This document shows positions 52,532 through 64,000 of a DNA stretch of 64,000 nucleotides, one piece after another (the first letter of the stretch is position 1; every line of letters starts with the position of its first letter). The stretch comes from Chamaesiphon sp. (lineage in GTDB: Bacteria > Cyanobacteriota > Cyanobacteriia > Cyanobacteriales > Chamaesiphonaceae), in contig CBDFFH010000053.1 of the NCBI GenBank assembly GCA_965246715.1, positions 27,306 through 91,305 of the forward strand, given 5' to 3'. Both the position numbers and the translations under genes were made by a program. The notes under the pieces were generated by a model, which saw only the letters and a list, made by a program, of their open reading frames with translations, was not told the origin of the DNA and searched no databases.

Positions 52532-52968
52532 CTAGAGGCATACGGTAGCCCCCCAAGGAGGTATCCCGCTCCGGGGTTTGATACAGGCAAACTGTTCAAC
52601 CTGACCTTCTGCCATTAAGCCAAAGTCCTTATGCCAGTCTGTTTGCATGACTCCAAAAATCACCAAGCTAACAGTTGGGCACTTGCTCATCAGATCTGCA
52701 CTCAATGTTTTCATGAATTGCGGCGAAGCCATTACACTACTTGCTCTCTGACCACGCATCAGGTAAGGGCATACCCCTCTGGACGCTGCACCGGATATCT
52801 CTGATAGCGACCAGACAAGTTAATCCGATCAACTTTAACCTCAACACCACTATCTCTTTGGATAGTTCGTTTGATCGCCGAGAATGCTGCATCACAGGTC
52901 TCTGTCTGTTTAGTTTGCGGCTTATTAGTCTGCGCCACCGACGGCGCGGTGTAGGCATTAAGCAACAA
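52532..52968 (-). pseudogene. Frameshifted secreted hypothetical protein
   Basis: Two ORFs abutting at about 52759: signal-like APSVAQ..YP..RP, then VMASPQFM..CPTVSLV.FG..TDW. Confidence 0.55.
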
Positions 52969-54168
52969 GTGGCATCAAGCACCAACCAATCGCCGCCGCG
53001 ATCGCCAGCAAACTCCCACTCAAGCTCAACACCCACTCAACGCTAGTCAACTCTGTGATCACACCCGCAATCAATAACCCTAAAACTCCTGCGGTGAAAG
53101 CAATCGCGCTGTGTGCTGTAAAAACCTGTCCGGCAATTCGACTGGGTGTCACTTCTTGCAAAATCGTCTGTTCTAGAGGATTCCTTGCTCCTAACAGCAA
53201 ACCACCGAAACTCGCTGCTAGAATCAACGCAGTTGGAGTTTCGACGATCGCACAGAGCAGAATGGCGATCGCAGCGAGGAGCAAACCACTGTAATAAACG
53301 GCTGAGCGAGCAAACCGTTTCATGAGTGTTGAATAAGATAAAGCACCCAAGAGTCGCCGTCATGCCGAATCCAGCTAAACAGATTCCCAGCAGTGCAGCA
53401 CTGGCAAATTTCTGAGTTAGTCAACACTGGGAGCAAAAGTCCGAGAAATGGCAGTAGAACGAAATTGAGTACCATCCCGCTGAGGGTGAGCGATCGTAGT
53501 TGACGCTGCTGGAGGATGAACCGAATTCCGGCAATTGGATCAATCTTCTCACCCTTAAACCTTTGATGGCGTGGGCGCGGAACTGCAATTACAAACACCA
53601 CCGCACAAACGAAGAAACTAGCTGCGTTAATGAACAATGTATTGACAGTCCCCATCCAGCTAATTAACCCTGCACCGACGACTGGACCTAGCAGATCTGC
53701 CCCATTTTCCAAGCTACCGCGATACCCGTTCACTTTGTCTAAGGGGACTCCTGCAAGTTTGGCAAATTTCGGAACGAGGGTATGACGTGCTGAAACCGCT
53801 GTTGGATCGAATAACGCGCCAACAAACACTAGCAAGAAAATAACAATCGGCGATACTGATTTGAATTCGATAAAAACGAATGGCAATAACAGAACTGAAA
53901 AACCACTAAGGACATCAGCCACAATGCTCACTCGCCATGCACCAAATCGGTCAATTGCTTTTCCACCGACAAAGGCAGCTAATACGATCGGAATAATGCT
54001 CCCTGCTCCAGCGATGCCAGTGGCGATCGCTGAGTGCGTAAATTGCAGCACTAAAATGGGAATGGCGATCGCGGCGATTTGATTGCCGACTTGAGAGAGG
54101 AATTCAGCAGCGATGAGACAAACGAGGGGAAGCGATCGGGTTGTCGGGCTACGAAAGCTGAGATTCAA
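52958..54168 (-). pseudogene. MFS efflux transporter (Tap/TetV-like) with two frameshifts
   Basis: SQVGNQIAAIAIP, GGKAIDRFG, FDP..SAR.TLVP; frame breaks near 53417 and 53345. Confidence 0.78.
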
Positions 54169-54772
54169 GCTTTTCCAAAGTCGCAAAGTAGGACGAATCA
54201 CCTGTCTTAAACAATCCATACCAGGCATCTAGAATTTCGGCGTTGTAAAGGTCGAGTTTTTGGAAGATATGATAGGCAAATTCAATCGGTGCTGTTGAGT
54301 TAGCGGTGATCAGATTGCCATCGGTAACAGCGGGCTGATTTTGATAAAGTGCCGCACCTTGATAGTGGGTGGCTTGTAAATATTCGAGTGCATTGCTGGT
54401 ATGGCGCTTGTCGTCGAGGATTCCGGCACGGGCTAACCCTGCGGTGCTGCCACAAATTGCGGCAACCGGGATATCCATCTCCAGAAATCGCTGTGCGCTC
54501 GCAAGGATTTCACTGTTTTTGCCTTCATCCCATGCTTCACCTCCAGGCAGAATCAGCATGGCACTTGCCTCTAGTTCTTCAAGCGTGAGATCGGAGAGGA
54601 TTTTTACACCTCCAATGGTAGTAACTGGTTCAGCATTCAAGCCAACTGTTTGAATTTGATAACGTCCTGGATCAGTCTGTAATGCTGGGTTATTAATTCC
54701 TGCGATCGCAAAACTCGTCTCCCAGTCGGCAAGGGTATCAAAAACGAAGAGATGAACAATTTGCTTTTCCAT
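54149..54772 (-). CDS. DJ-1/PfpI family protein
   Basis: LADWE, LILPGG, AAICG, HTSN, AVTDGNLITA. Confidence 0.9.
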   Translation of the reverse strand: MEKQIVHLFVFDTLADWETSFAIAGINNPALQTDPGRYQIQTVGLNAEPVTTIGGVKILSDLTLEELEASAMLILPGGEAWDEGKNSEILASAQRFLEMDIPVAAICGSTAGLARAGILDDKRHTSNALEYLQATHYQGAALYQNQPAVTDGNLITANSTAPIEFAYHIFQKLDLYNAEILDAWYGLFKTGDSSYFATLEKLESQLS

Positions 54773-55092
54773 TAAACTGCTCCTTATCACTGCTTCTGGA
54801 ATTCCTAATGCGCCTTCAGATGAAAATTCTCTACCACAACGCTCCAAATCATTCTAATCCTAGTTAGTGAACAACAGTCGCGACAATTACTTCGCAGATA
54901 ATCACTCAAATCACAAAGGGAGAATGACAAAGATTCGCGTGTGCTGATGAAATTATGCCGTTGTTGCAGTAGGCGTATCAGGAGTGACTGGACTGGTGAA
55001 CTAGCAACTGACCTTCCTCATTACGGTAGATGTAACGGTGAGCATAGTTGAGTAGACTGAGGGGCGCTATCGCTCAGCGTGGAGATAGCACA

Positions 55093-56016
55093 ATGCCCTT
55101 GCTCGGACTATTGATCCTGACTCATTTGATTCTTCCCCTGATTTTTCTGATTGGGCTTTGGCGAGGGAAAGAATCCAGCAAGCTCGATTGGTTCGTCAAA
55201 CTGTTAGGGGTGATGCTCTACAGCCTTCACATTTTTCTGAGCGGGCGATGGGATATGTTGAGTTACTTCCTCAGATTTGCGCTGGTGGTTCTGTTGATTG
55301 GGGTAGCAATCAAGTCTTTTATCAAAGCAAAACCTCTACCACTTTATCCCCCTCGAAAGTTAAAAAACTATCTGACTTTAGGGGTGAATAGTTTTGTAGC
55401 AGTGTTCTTCCTGGCTATTGTGAGTAGCTATGTTCCCAAAGGATATGCTTTCAGTGGCGAAGCCATTCAGCTTTCTTTTCCGCTCAAAACGGGTACTTAC
55501 TACGTAGCACATGGTGGCAACAGTCCTGCGATTAACTATCACAATGTCAATTCAACTCAGCGCTATGCGTTGGATATTGTTGAGTTGAATTCTTTAGGTG
55601 TGAGAGCCAACAGATTTCAACCGCGATCGCTCATAAGCTACGTCATCTTTGAACAAACCCTTTACAGTCCTTGCAATGGTACGATCAGCGATACGGTCAA
55701 TAACTTACCGGATCTGATTCCACCTGAGCGCGATCGTCAAAACTTGGCAGGCAACCACATCCTAATGAACTGCCAAGGGGCTGATATTGTGATGGCACAT
55801 CTTCAGCGGGGAAGCATCACTGTGCGATCGGGGGATGCTGTGAGAGAAGAGCAGGCGATCGCCAAAGTCGGCAACTCCGGTAACACCAGCGAACCGCATC
55901 TGCACATCCATGCGCGTCGAGAAAATACAGGTAAGTCGTTGCTGGATGGGGAGGGAACGCCCATCATGTTCAATGACAAATTCCTAGTGAGAAATAGCTT
56001 GTTTGTTGCGAACTAA
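55093..56016 (+). CDS. Membrane-anchored M23 family peptidase
   Basis: Four TMs, H..QRYALD, AHL, VGNSGNTSEPHLHIH. Confidence 0.88.
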   Translation: MPLLGLLILTHLILPLIFLIGLWRGKESSKLDWFVKLLGVMLYSLHIFLSGRWDMLSYFLRFALVVLLIGVAIKSFIKAKPLPLYPPRKLKNYLTLGVNSFVAVFFLAIVSSYVPKGYAFSGEAIQLSFPLKTGTYYVAHGGNSPAINYHNVNSTQRYALDIVELNSLGVRANRFQPRSLISYVIFEQTLYSPCNGTISDTVNNLPDLIPPERDRQNLAGNHILMNCQGADIVMAHLQRGSITVRSGDAVREEQAIAKVGNSGNTSEPHLHIHARRENTGKSLLDGEGTPIMFNDKFLVRNSLFVAN

Positions 56017-56099
56017 CATTAAACGCTTGAGGTGAATCTGATAGACATAATTCTTCTTCTGCCGTTAAAGTAATCCTACGTTTTTTTACTGATGATCAT

Positions 56100-56975
56100 T
56101 TAATTCGCTCTGTAGGCTTTCGGTGTTACCCCTGTCAGTTGTCGGAACTGTTTACTCAAGTGGCTGTGACTGTTGAACCCACACAGGAAAGCAATGTCCA
56201 TAATGGAGCGATCGCTCTCCTTCAACAACTGCTTTGCTCGTTCAATCCGTTGCTGGAGTAAATATTGGTAGGGAGGCGTGCCGATCGCCTGCTTAAATAA
56301 ATGGCTGAAATGAAACTGGCTCATATCCAGCAGTGTAGCTAAGTCAGCAAGTCTGATGTCTTGATCCAGATGGTCGTGGATATAGTCCAACACTTGTGAT
56401 AACTGACGGTGAGGTAATCCACCGTCGTAAATCGGATGCTGCGGTTGAGTCGCCGTATACTGTCTGATTAAATGCACCGCTAACACATTTGCCAGGGACT
56501 CAATGTAAAGCCTGTTGCCGCAATTACCCTGTTGGAGTTCAGCCAGCAACATCAGTCCGATCGCCTCAATCTGAGTATCGCGAGTCTGAAATTCGGAAAT
56601 TAATTCAAGTGAGTCGGGATTCTTATCAAGGGTTTCTCTAGCAACGCTCTGGATGAAACGAGACGCAATACGAATTTGTAAGTAGTGGTCATCTCTATCC
56701 CAACGGGCACAACGGGCAAAAAACGGGGTTATTGCAGGCGTTATAGAAATGTCGCCTTTCCCGTATAGCCCTGCGTGGGTTTTGCCTCCTTGAATTAGGA
56801 GTAAGGGAACTGGACGGCGGGCAAGAGACAGATGAATCACATGTTCATTGCTGTAATCACCCCTCGCCTCACCGGTCGGCTGTTGGAATTGTTCAACGAG
56901 AATATTTTCCCATCCTTGACTAGAGCAGCGGGGCAGGCAGGTCGGTTTAGTTGGGTCGTGGGCAGTTGTTTCCAT
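56100..56975 (-). CDS. AraC family regulator
   Basis: LYIESL, GGL, MSQFHFSHLFKQ..PYQY, CGFNSHSHL..TP..YR. Confidence 0.92.
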   Translation of the reverse strand: METTAHDPTKPTCLPRCSSQGWENILVEQFQQPTGEARGDYSNEHVIHLSLARRPVPLLLIQGGKTHAGLYGKGDISITPAITPFFARCARWDRDDHYLQIRIASRFIQSVARETLDKNPDSLELISEFQTRDTQIEAIGLMLLAELQQGNCGNRLYIESLANVLAVHLIRQYTATQPQHPIYDGGLPHRQLSQVLDYIHDHLDQDIRLADLATLLDMSQFHFSHLFKQAIGTPPYQYLLQQRIERAKQLLKESDRSIMDIAFLCGFNSHSHLSKQFRQLTGVTPKAYRAN

Positions 56976-57050
56976 GATGCAACCCCAGTGTGTCTCGCTC
57001 TGATTGTATCCACTCTGCAATCACTTTTGTCGAAAAGCTTGCACATCGAT

Positions 57051-57086
57051 CGCAAGATTTTGATAGTGGCACAAGAATTAGATAGT
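57051..57086. promoter_or_regulatory. Tandem direct-repeat site in the divergent AraC promoter
   Basis: CGCAAGATTTTGATAGT and CACAAGAATTAGATAGT, 19-bp period. Confidence 0.55.
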
Positions 57087-57141
57087 TGAGCAGCGATCGT
57101 TTTCCTAAGCTGAAGGAGTTATCGATCAGAAGGATAAGAAT

Positions 57142-57771
57142 ATGAAGCTGCTTATTTTTGGCTCCACGGGAAGTATCGGTCGCCAGCTTGTCGAGCAGGC
57201 GCTTGAGCAGGGGCACACAGTTACAGCGTTTGCCCGTAACCCCGCGAAGCTCGACATTCAGCACACAAATCTCAAGGTTGTTCAAGGCGATGTCATGGAT
57301 TCCGCATCTGTGGAGCAGGCGGTGCAAGGTCAAGATGCCGTGTTGTGTGTACTCGGATCAGGTGCTCAGAGGAAAGGAGCGATTCGATCCGAGGGGACAC
57401 GACAGATCATTCAGGCAATGGAGAAAACGGGTGTCCGACGACTGATCTGTCAAACAACGCTTGGGGCAGGAGATAGCTGGGAGAACCTAAATTTCTTCTG
57501 GAAGTACATTATGTTTGGAGCCTTTTTACGAGAGGTGTTTGCCGATCATGAGCGGCAAGAGAATGAGGTCAAGCAAAGCCGCCTGGACTGGACGATCGTT
57601 CGTCCGGGAGCGTTTATCGATGGCGATCACACGGGTCAGTATCGACACGGCTTTCCCAGTACCGACAAAACCACAAAGCTCAAAATCTCCCGTGCTGATG
57701 TGGCTGACTTCCTATTGCAGCAATTGACGAATGATGCCTATCTTTACAAAACGCCGAGCCTATCTTATTGA
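57142..57771 (+). CDS. NAD(P)H-binding flavin reductase/BVR-B-like oxidoreductase
   Basis: IFGSTGSIG, GDV.D, WTIVRPG, ISRADVA. Confidence 0.9.
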   Translation: MKLLIFGSTGSIGRQLVEQALEQGHTVTAFARNPAKLDIQHTNLKVVQGDVMDSASVEQAVQGQDAVLCVLGSGAQRKGAIRSEGTRQIIQAMEKTGVRRLICQTTLGAGDSWENLNFFWKYIMFGAFLREVFADHERQENEVKQSRLDWTIVRPGAFIDGDHTGQYRHGFPSTDKTTKLKISRADVADFLLQQLTNDAYLYKTPSLSY

Positions 57772-57816
57772 ACTTTTTCTAGCTCGTCACACCGATATCA
57801 ATCCACAGGAGGATGT

Positions 57817-58323
57817 ATGACAACGGTTCACAATTTGCGCTTTCCTTTAATGCTTGTCGCTGCACTCGGCTGTGGGCTAGTGGCAGGAGTGTTCTTCGCG
57901 TTCTCCACCTTTGTGATGCCCGCTCTTAACCGTCTCCAGCCGCCTCAAGGAATTGCTGCGATGCAATCGATAAACATTACGGCGATCAATCCATTATTTA
58001 TGACCGCGATTTTTGGAACCGCTGTGGCTTGCATCTTTCTGGCTATCTCCTCGCTGTCAAAGTGGCATCAACCTGATGCCGCCTATCTGCTTTTCGGTAG
58101 TCTGCTCTATCTCGTCGGTGCCGTTCTGGTGACAGGTGTGTTCAATGTGCCCCTGAATGATGCACTGGCGAGCGTGAAACCCGATAGTTCTGAAGGCGCA
58201 ACGCTATGGGCAAGATACCTAACCGATTGGACATTCTGGAACCATGTTCGGACGATCGCTGCGATCGCAGCAGCAGCATTATTTACAATCTCTCTGAAAG
58301 ACAGGATTACTGCTTTCCCATGA
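57817..58323 (+). CDS. DUF1772 / anthrone oxygenase family membrane protein
   Basis: AGVFFAFSTFVMPAL, AMQSIN, NVPLN, WTFWNHVR. Confidence 0.88.
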   Translation: MTTVHNLRFPLMLVAALGCGLVAGVFFAFSTFVMPALNRLQPPQGIAAMQSINITAINPLFMTAIFGTAVACIFLAISSLSKWHQPDAAYLLFGSLLYLVGAVLVTGVFNVPLNDALASVKPDSSEGATLWARYLTDWTFWNHVRTIAAIAAAALFTISLKDRITAFP

Positions 58324-58326
58324 AGC

Positions 58327-58836
58327 TCAAGCCTCCGCGCTGACATGCTTGCGCGAGGTCGCATTGCGTTTCACGGGCTTTGCGGTTGTGTCCGCAGGCA
58401 GCTTGCGAACTTCCGTGTCATTCCACTGGAGAGAGCGACCGTCGCGCGATCGCAGTTCCAAGCGTCCGACCTGCTCTCCGGTCTCGCGGTCAAGCAGCGT
58501 GGAATGTTGCTCACCCAGTGCATAGAGGTAGTCCTCGCCCCATTGCCTGAGCGCGACGACCACTGGGAAGAGCGCGCGCCCTTTCTCTGTCAGCACATAT
58601 TCCTGGTAGGCAGTGCCATTGGGGGACTGTACGAGTTCAAGCACGCCTCTGTCAACGAGATCGTGCAGCCGTGCCGTCAATATGCTCCGAGCGATGCCGA
58701 GGTTTTTCTGAAAAGCGCCAAAGCGACGGATGCCGTCGACGGCATCGCGCACGATCAGGAGCGACCACCAATCGCCGATCGCGTCAAGCGATCGCGCAAC
58801 CGGGCATTCCGCTTTGCTGAGGCTGGTGCGCTTCAT
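58327..58836 (-). CDS. HxlR family wHTH regulator
   Basis: CPVARSLDAIGDWWSLLIVRD, RF, EYVLTEKG, QWG. Confidence 0.92.
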   Translation of the reverse strand: MKRTSLSKAECPVARSLDAIGDWWSLLIVRDAVDGIRRFGAFQKNLGIARSILTARLHDLVDRGVLELVQSPNGTAYQEYVLTEKGRALFPVVVALRQWGEDYLYALGEQHSTLLDRETGEQVGRLELRSRDGRSLQWNDTEVRKLPADTTAKPVKRNATSRKHVSAEA

Positions 58837-58896
58837 TCCAGTATCTCCACTCCATGCTGCATATCCAATCTTAAGGTAGAATCTGACCCATTCGTC

Positions 58897-58943
58897 TAAA
58901 ACTAGTCTTACGATAAAACTAGTCTTGTTATAAAACTAGTTTT
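58897..58943. promoter_or_regulatory. Triple 17-bp repeat, putative HxlR operator
   Basis: TAAAACTAGT(C/T)TT at 58897, 58914 and 58931. Confidence 0.7.
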
Positions 58944-58958
58944 GCCGGGTTTGGTGCC

Positions 58959-60185
58959 ATGAACAAAGCAGCAAGGAAGCAACCGAGAGCCTTAGCCTCG
59001 GAGAAGGAAAAAGCGCCTGGTTTATCGCGAACGATCCTTTTGACCTTCGCCGCCACCTGTGGAATTAGCGTCGCCAACATCTACTATGCACAGCCACTGC
59101 TCGACACGATGGCAGCGACTTTCCGCATCGAGCCGTCTTCAATCGGGATCGTCGTCACGCTGACACAGATCGGCTATGCGCTAGGACTCCTCTTCATCGT
59201 GCCGCTCGGCGACTTCGTTGATCGGCCCAAGTTAATCGTCGGTCAAGCCTTACTAACGGCGGTAGCACTCGCGATCGTTGGCACAGCGCAGAACTTCGTC
59301 ATGCTGCTGACGGGCATGATCGCAGTGGGGCTTCTAGCGGTGGTGGTGCAAGTGCTCGTCGCCTTTACTGCGACATTGGCGGCACCCGCCGAGCGCGGTC
59401 ATGCCGTCGGACTGGTTATCAGCGGTGTGGTGATCGGCATTCTCGCTGCCCGTTTCGTCGCTGGGCTGCTCGCAGATCTCGGCGGCTGGCGATCGGTCTA
59501 TCTGACATCCGCCTTGCTGATGCTTGGCATGGCTATCCTGCTTTTCCGCATCCTTCCGCGTCATGCTCCGAAGACGACTCCAGAGAGTTATGGAGCACTG
59601 CTACGCTCCATGCCCGCCCTGTTCCTTCAGGAGCCGATCTTACGCGTCCGTGCCGTGTTGGCGCTGTTGATTTTCGCCACCTTCAGCACCCTGTGGACAG
59701 CAATGGTGCTTCCACTGAGCACGCCCCCGCTATCACTCTCTCATACGCAGATTGGCTTGTTTGGGCTGGCGGGACTGAGCGGCGCACTTGCTGCTAGTGG
59801 TGCAGGTCGTCTTGCGGATCGCGGTCTCGGACAATGGACGACAGGCATCTCGCTGGCGCTGCTCACCCTCTCGTGGCTCCTGATTAGCTTGCTACCCAGT
59901 TCGCTCACAGCGCTGACCCTCGGTGTCATCCTGCTCGACCTCGCGGTTCAGTCCGTTCACGTCACCAACCAGAGCCTGATCTTCGCTGTCCGCCCCGAAG
60001 CGCGCAGCAGGCTTGTTGGCGGGTACATGGTGTTCTACTCGGTCGGTAGCGCGTTTGGCGCGATCGCCTCCACGACAGTCTATGGTCTTGCTGGCTGGAC
60101 TGGAGTCTCGTTGCTCGGCGCGGGCTTCAGCAGCATCGCCTTCTTGTTCGGGGTTGCTACGCATCGTGTGGGCGGCGAGCGATAA
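58959..60185 (+). CDS. MFS transporter
   Basis: ANIYYAQPLL, PLGD..DR, GWRSVY; about 12 TMs. Confidence 0.92.
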   Translation: MNKAARKQPRALASEKEKAPGLSRTILLTFAATCGISVANIYYAQPLLDTMAATFRIEPSSIGIVVTLTQIGYALGLLFIVPLGDFVDRPKLIVGQALLTAVALAIVGTAQNFVMLLTGMIAVGLLAVVVQVLVAFTATLAAPAERGHAVGLVISGVVIGILAARFVAGLLADLGGWRSVYLTSALLMLGMAILLFRILPRHAPKTTPESYGALLRSMPALFLQEPILRVRAVLALLIFATFSTLWTAMVLPLSTPPLSLSHTQIGLFGLAGLSGALAASGAGRLADRGLGQWTTGISLALLTLSWLLISLLPSSLTALTLGVILLDLAVQSVHVTNQSLIFAVRPEARSRLVGGYMVFYSVGSAFGAIASTTVYGLAGWTGVSLLGAGFSSIAFLFGVATHRVGGER

Positions 60186-60215
60186 GATAGTGTCATTTTT
60201 ATGAGGAGACGCAGC

Positions 60216-60608
60216 ATGGATCAATTCACCGGCGGTTGCCTGTGCGGCAACGTCCGAATTGTGGCATCAGGACTCCCATATCGGGTCGGTCTTTGTCACT
60301 GTCTCGACTGCCGCAAGCATCATGGGGCACTTTTCCACGCTTCCGCAGTGTTCCCTCAAGATGCGGTCATGATCGAGGGCGAAACCCGCGACTACGGCGG
60401 GCGGTTTTTCTGTCCCCGCTGCGGCTCGTCCATTTTCGCACGCACCGCAGACGAAATTGAAGTGAACCTCGGCTCCCTGGATGCCCCTGACCAACTGATG
60501 CCAACCTACGAAAGCTGGATCGTCCGTCGCGAGTCCTGGTTGCCACCGTTTCCGCTCACAAGACGCTACGACCGCGATCGTGATGCCACGGATCGCTTTG
60601 AGGAGTAA
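60216..60608 (+). CDS. GFA/CENP-V family protein
   Basis: GGCLCG, CHCLDCRK, FCPRCGS. Confidence 0.9.
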   Translation: MDQFTGGCLCGNVRIVASGLPYRVGLCHCLDCRKHHGALFHASAVFPQDAVMIEGETRDYGGRFFCPRCGSSIFARTADEIEVNLGSLDAPDQLMPTYESWIVRRESWLPPFPLTRRYDRDRDATDRFEE

Positions 60609-60681
60609 GCCGCATGATGAGGTGACTCGGCAATCGGAAGTTAAAGAACCATGCAGAGCCACTATCTAGCAACATCATCCA

Positions 60682-63296
<2,615 letters not shown>

Positions 63297-63353
63297 CAGT
63301 TTCCCCCTTTGGCAATTCCTTCTTTGATGATTTTGATGACATCAATAATTAGG

Positions 63354-63857
63354 TCAATTCTCTTCTAGAGATGCTGTGCGATTCTCGCACCGAGAGGCTA
63401 CACCCACGTCAGCAACAACTGACTTAATGAAAAATACAACTCGTTCCACTTCTCGAAATCCAATTTTTGCATAGAATTCATGACTGGCAGGATTATCGAG
63501 GAGAGCATCCAAGGCGAGTTGAATACATCCCTGCTCCAGTGCCCATTGCTCAGCATACTGAAGGAGTGCGGTACCGACTCCTTGCTTCCGGTATTCAGCT
63601 TTGACATAGATTCCTTCGACATAAGCGACAGGGCTTTGGGTTGCGTCTGGAACATAGTCATACCGAAGGGAGAGATTCATCAGTGCGATCGCTTGTCCAT
63701 TTTCAGTTCTTCCTAGAAATCCTGCCTGACGTGGAGATTGGATAACTTCGGTTAAATCGGCGAGCGCACAGTCTGGCCACAGTTGCAAAGCTAGGTCTAG
63801 CCAATCGTTAAAATCATCTTGGTTCGCCACATCTTGGGTGACTTTGATAATATTCAT
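63354..63857 (-). CDS. aac(6'): Aminoglycoside 6'-N-acetyltransferase-like GNAT
   Basis: LWP, SLRYDYV..SPVAYVEGIYV, DN.ASH.F..GF.EVERVVFF.K. Confidence 0.8.
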   Translation of the reverse strand: MNIIKVTQDVANQDDFNDWLDLALQLWPDCALADLTEVIQSPRQAGFLGRTENGQAIALMNLSLRYDYVPDATQSPVAYVEGIYVKAEYRKQGVGTALLQYAEQWALEQGCIQLALDALLDNPASHEFYAKIGFREVERVVFFIKSVVADVGVASRCENRTASLEEN

Positions 63858-63888
63858 GCTTCATCCTGTCGCTTGAAGATAAAATTTA

Positions 63889-64000
63889 TCACTTCTTTAA
63901 ATCGTCATGTGTCTGGTAGATCATGATCAAATTACCGCAAGTGTCGTCAAGCACGGCGATCATCTCGCTTCCGAATTGCTCTGGAGCCGTCTTAAAAACA
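63889..64000 (-). CDS. VOC/glyoxalase family protein, 3' end (partial)
   Basis: Hand translation VFKTAPEQFGSEMIAVLDDTCGNLIMIYQ..*. Confidence 0.75.
   Translation of the reverse strand, partial: VFKTAPEQFGSEMIAVLDDTCGNLIMIYQTHDDLKK

Noticed and set aside
58897..58943. Mini-CRISPR
   Set aside because: Repeats of 13 bp with 4-bp spacers are far too short; no cas genes

Overview
Cyanobacterial DNA made of two compositionally different halves joined at about 40,227. Left half (1-40.2 kb): very dense CGATCG/HIP1-like sites, resembling Chamaesiphon. It is mostly housekeeping: psb28, bioF, gloB, queF, cyAbrB, apcABC, ftsH, pheA, rne-rnhB, a cysteine desulfurase and lpxC-fabZ-lpxA-lpxB. Its accessory parts are an ISAzo13-type IS inside a collapsed LRR-Roc-COR gene, a coiled-coil/higA cassette bracketed by a duplicated gene 3' end, several MITE/REP-like elements, and a putative stress block. 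That block has divergent HCP and CTDH carotenoid-protein genes plus a GT2/acyl-CoA dehydrogenase/PIG-L/NodS-methyltransferase operon, with a shared ATC-N3-C-N4-G-N3-GAT promoter palindrome. nirA, behind a canonical NtcA promoter, is cut after about 131 codons and fused to an IS110 remnant. Right half (40.2-64 kb): fewer CGATCG sites and many pseudogenes. It carries an adenylate cyclase, decaying secreted beta-helix/Calx-beta genes, an IS701 remnant, a TipA-like MerR remnant before alkA-ogt, and a detoxification/resistance-like cluster (MFS, DJ-1, AraC-reductase-DUF1772, HxlR-MFS-GFA, VOC-aac(6')-rph). The junction may be an island boundary or an assembly artefact. No rRNA, tRNA or CRISPR array was seen. 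All calls are by motif recognition, without database searches.
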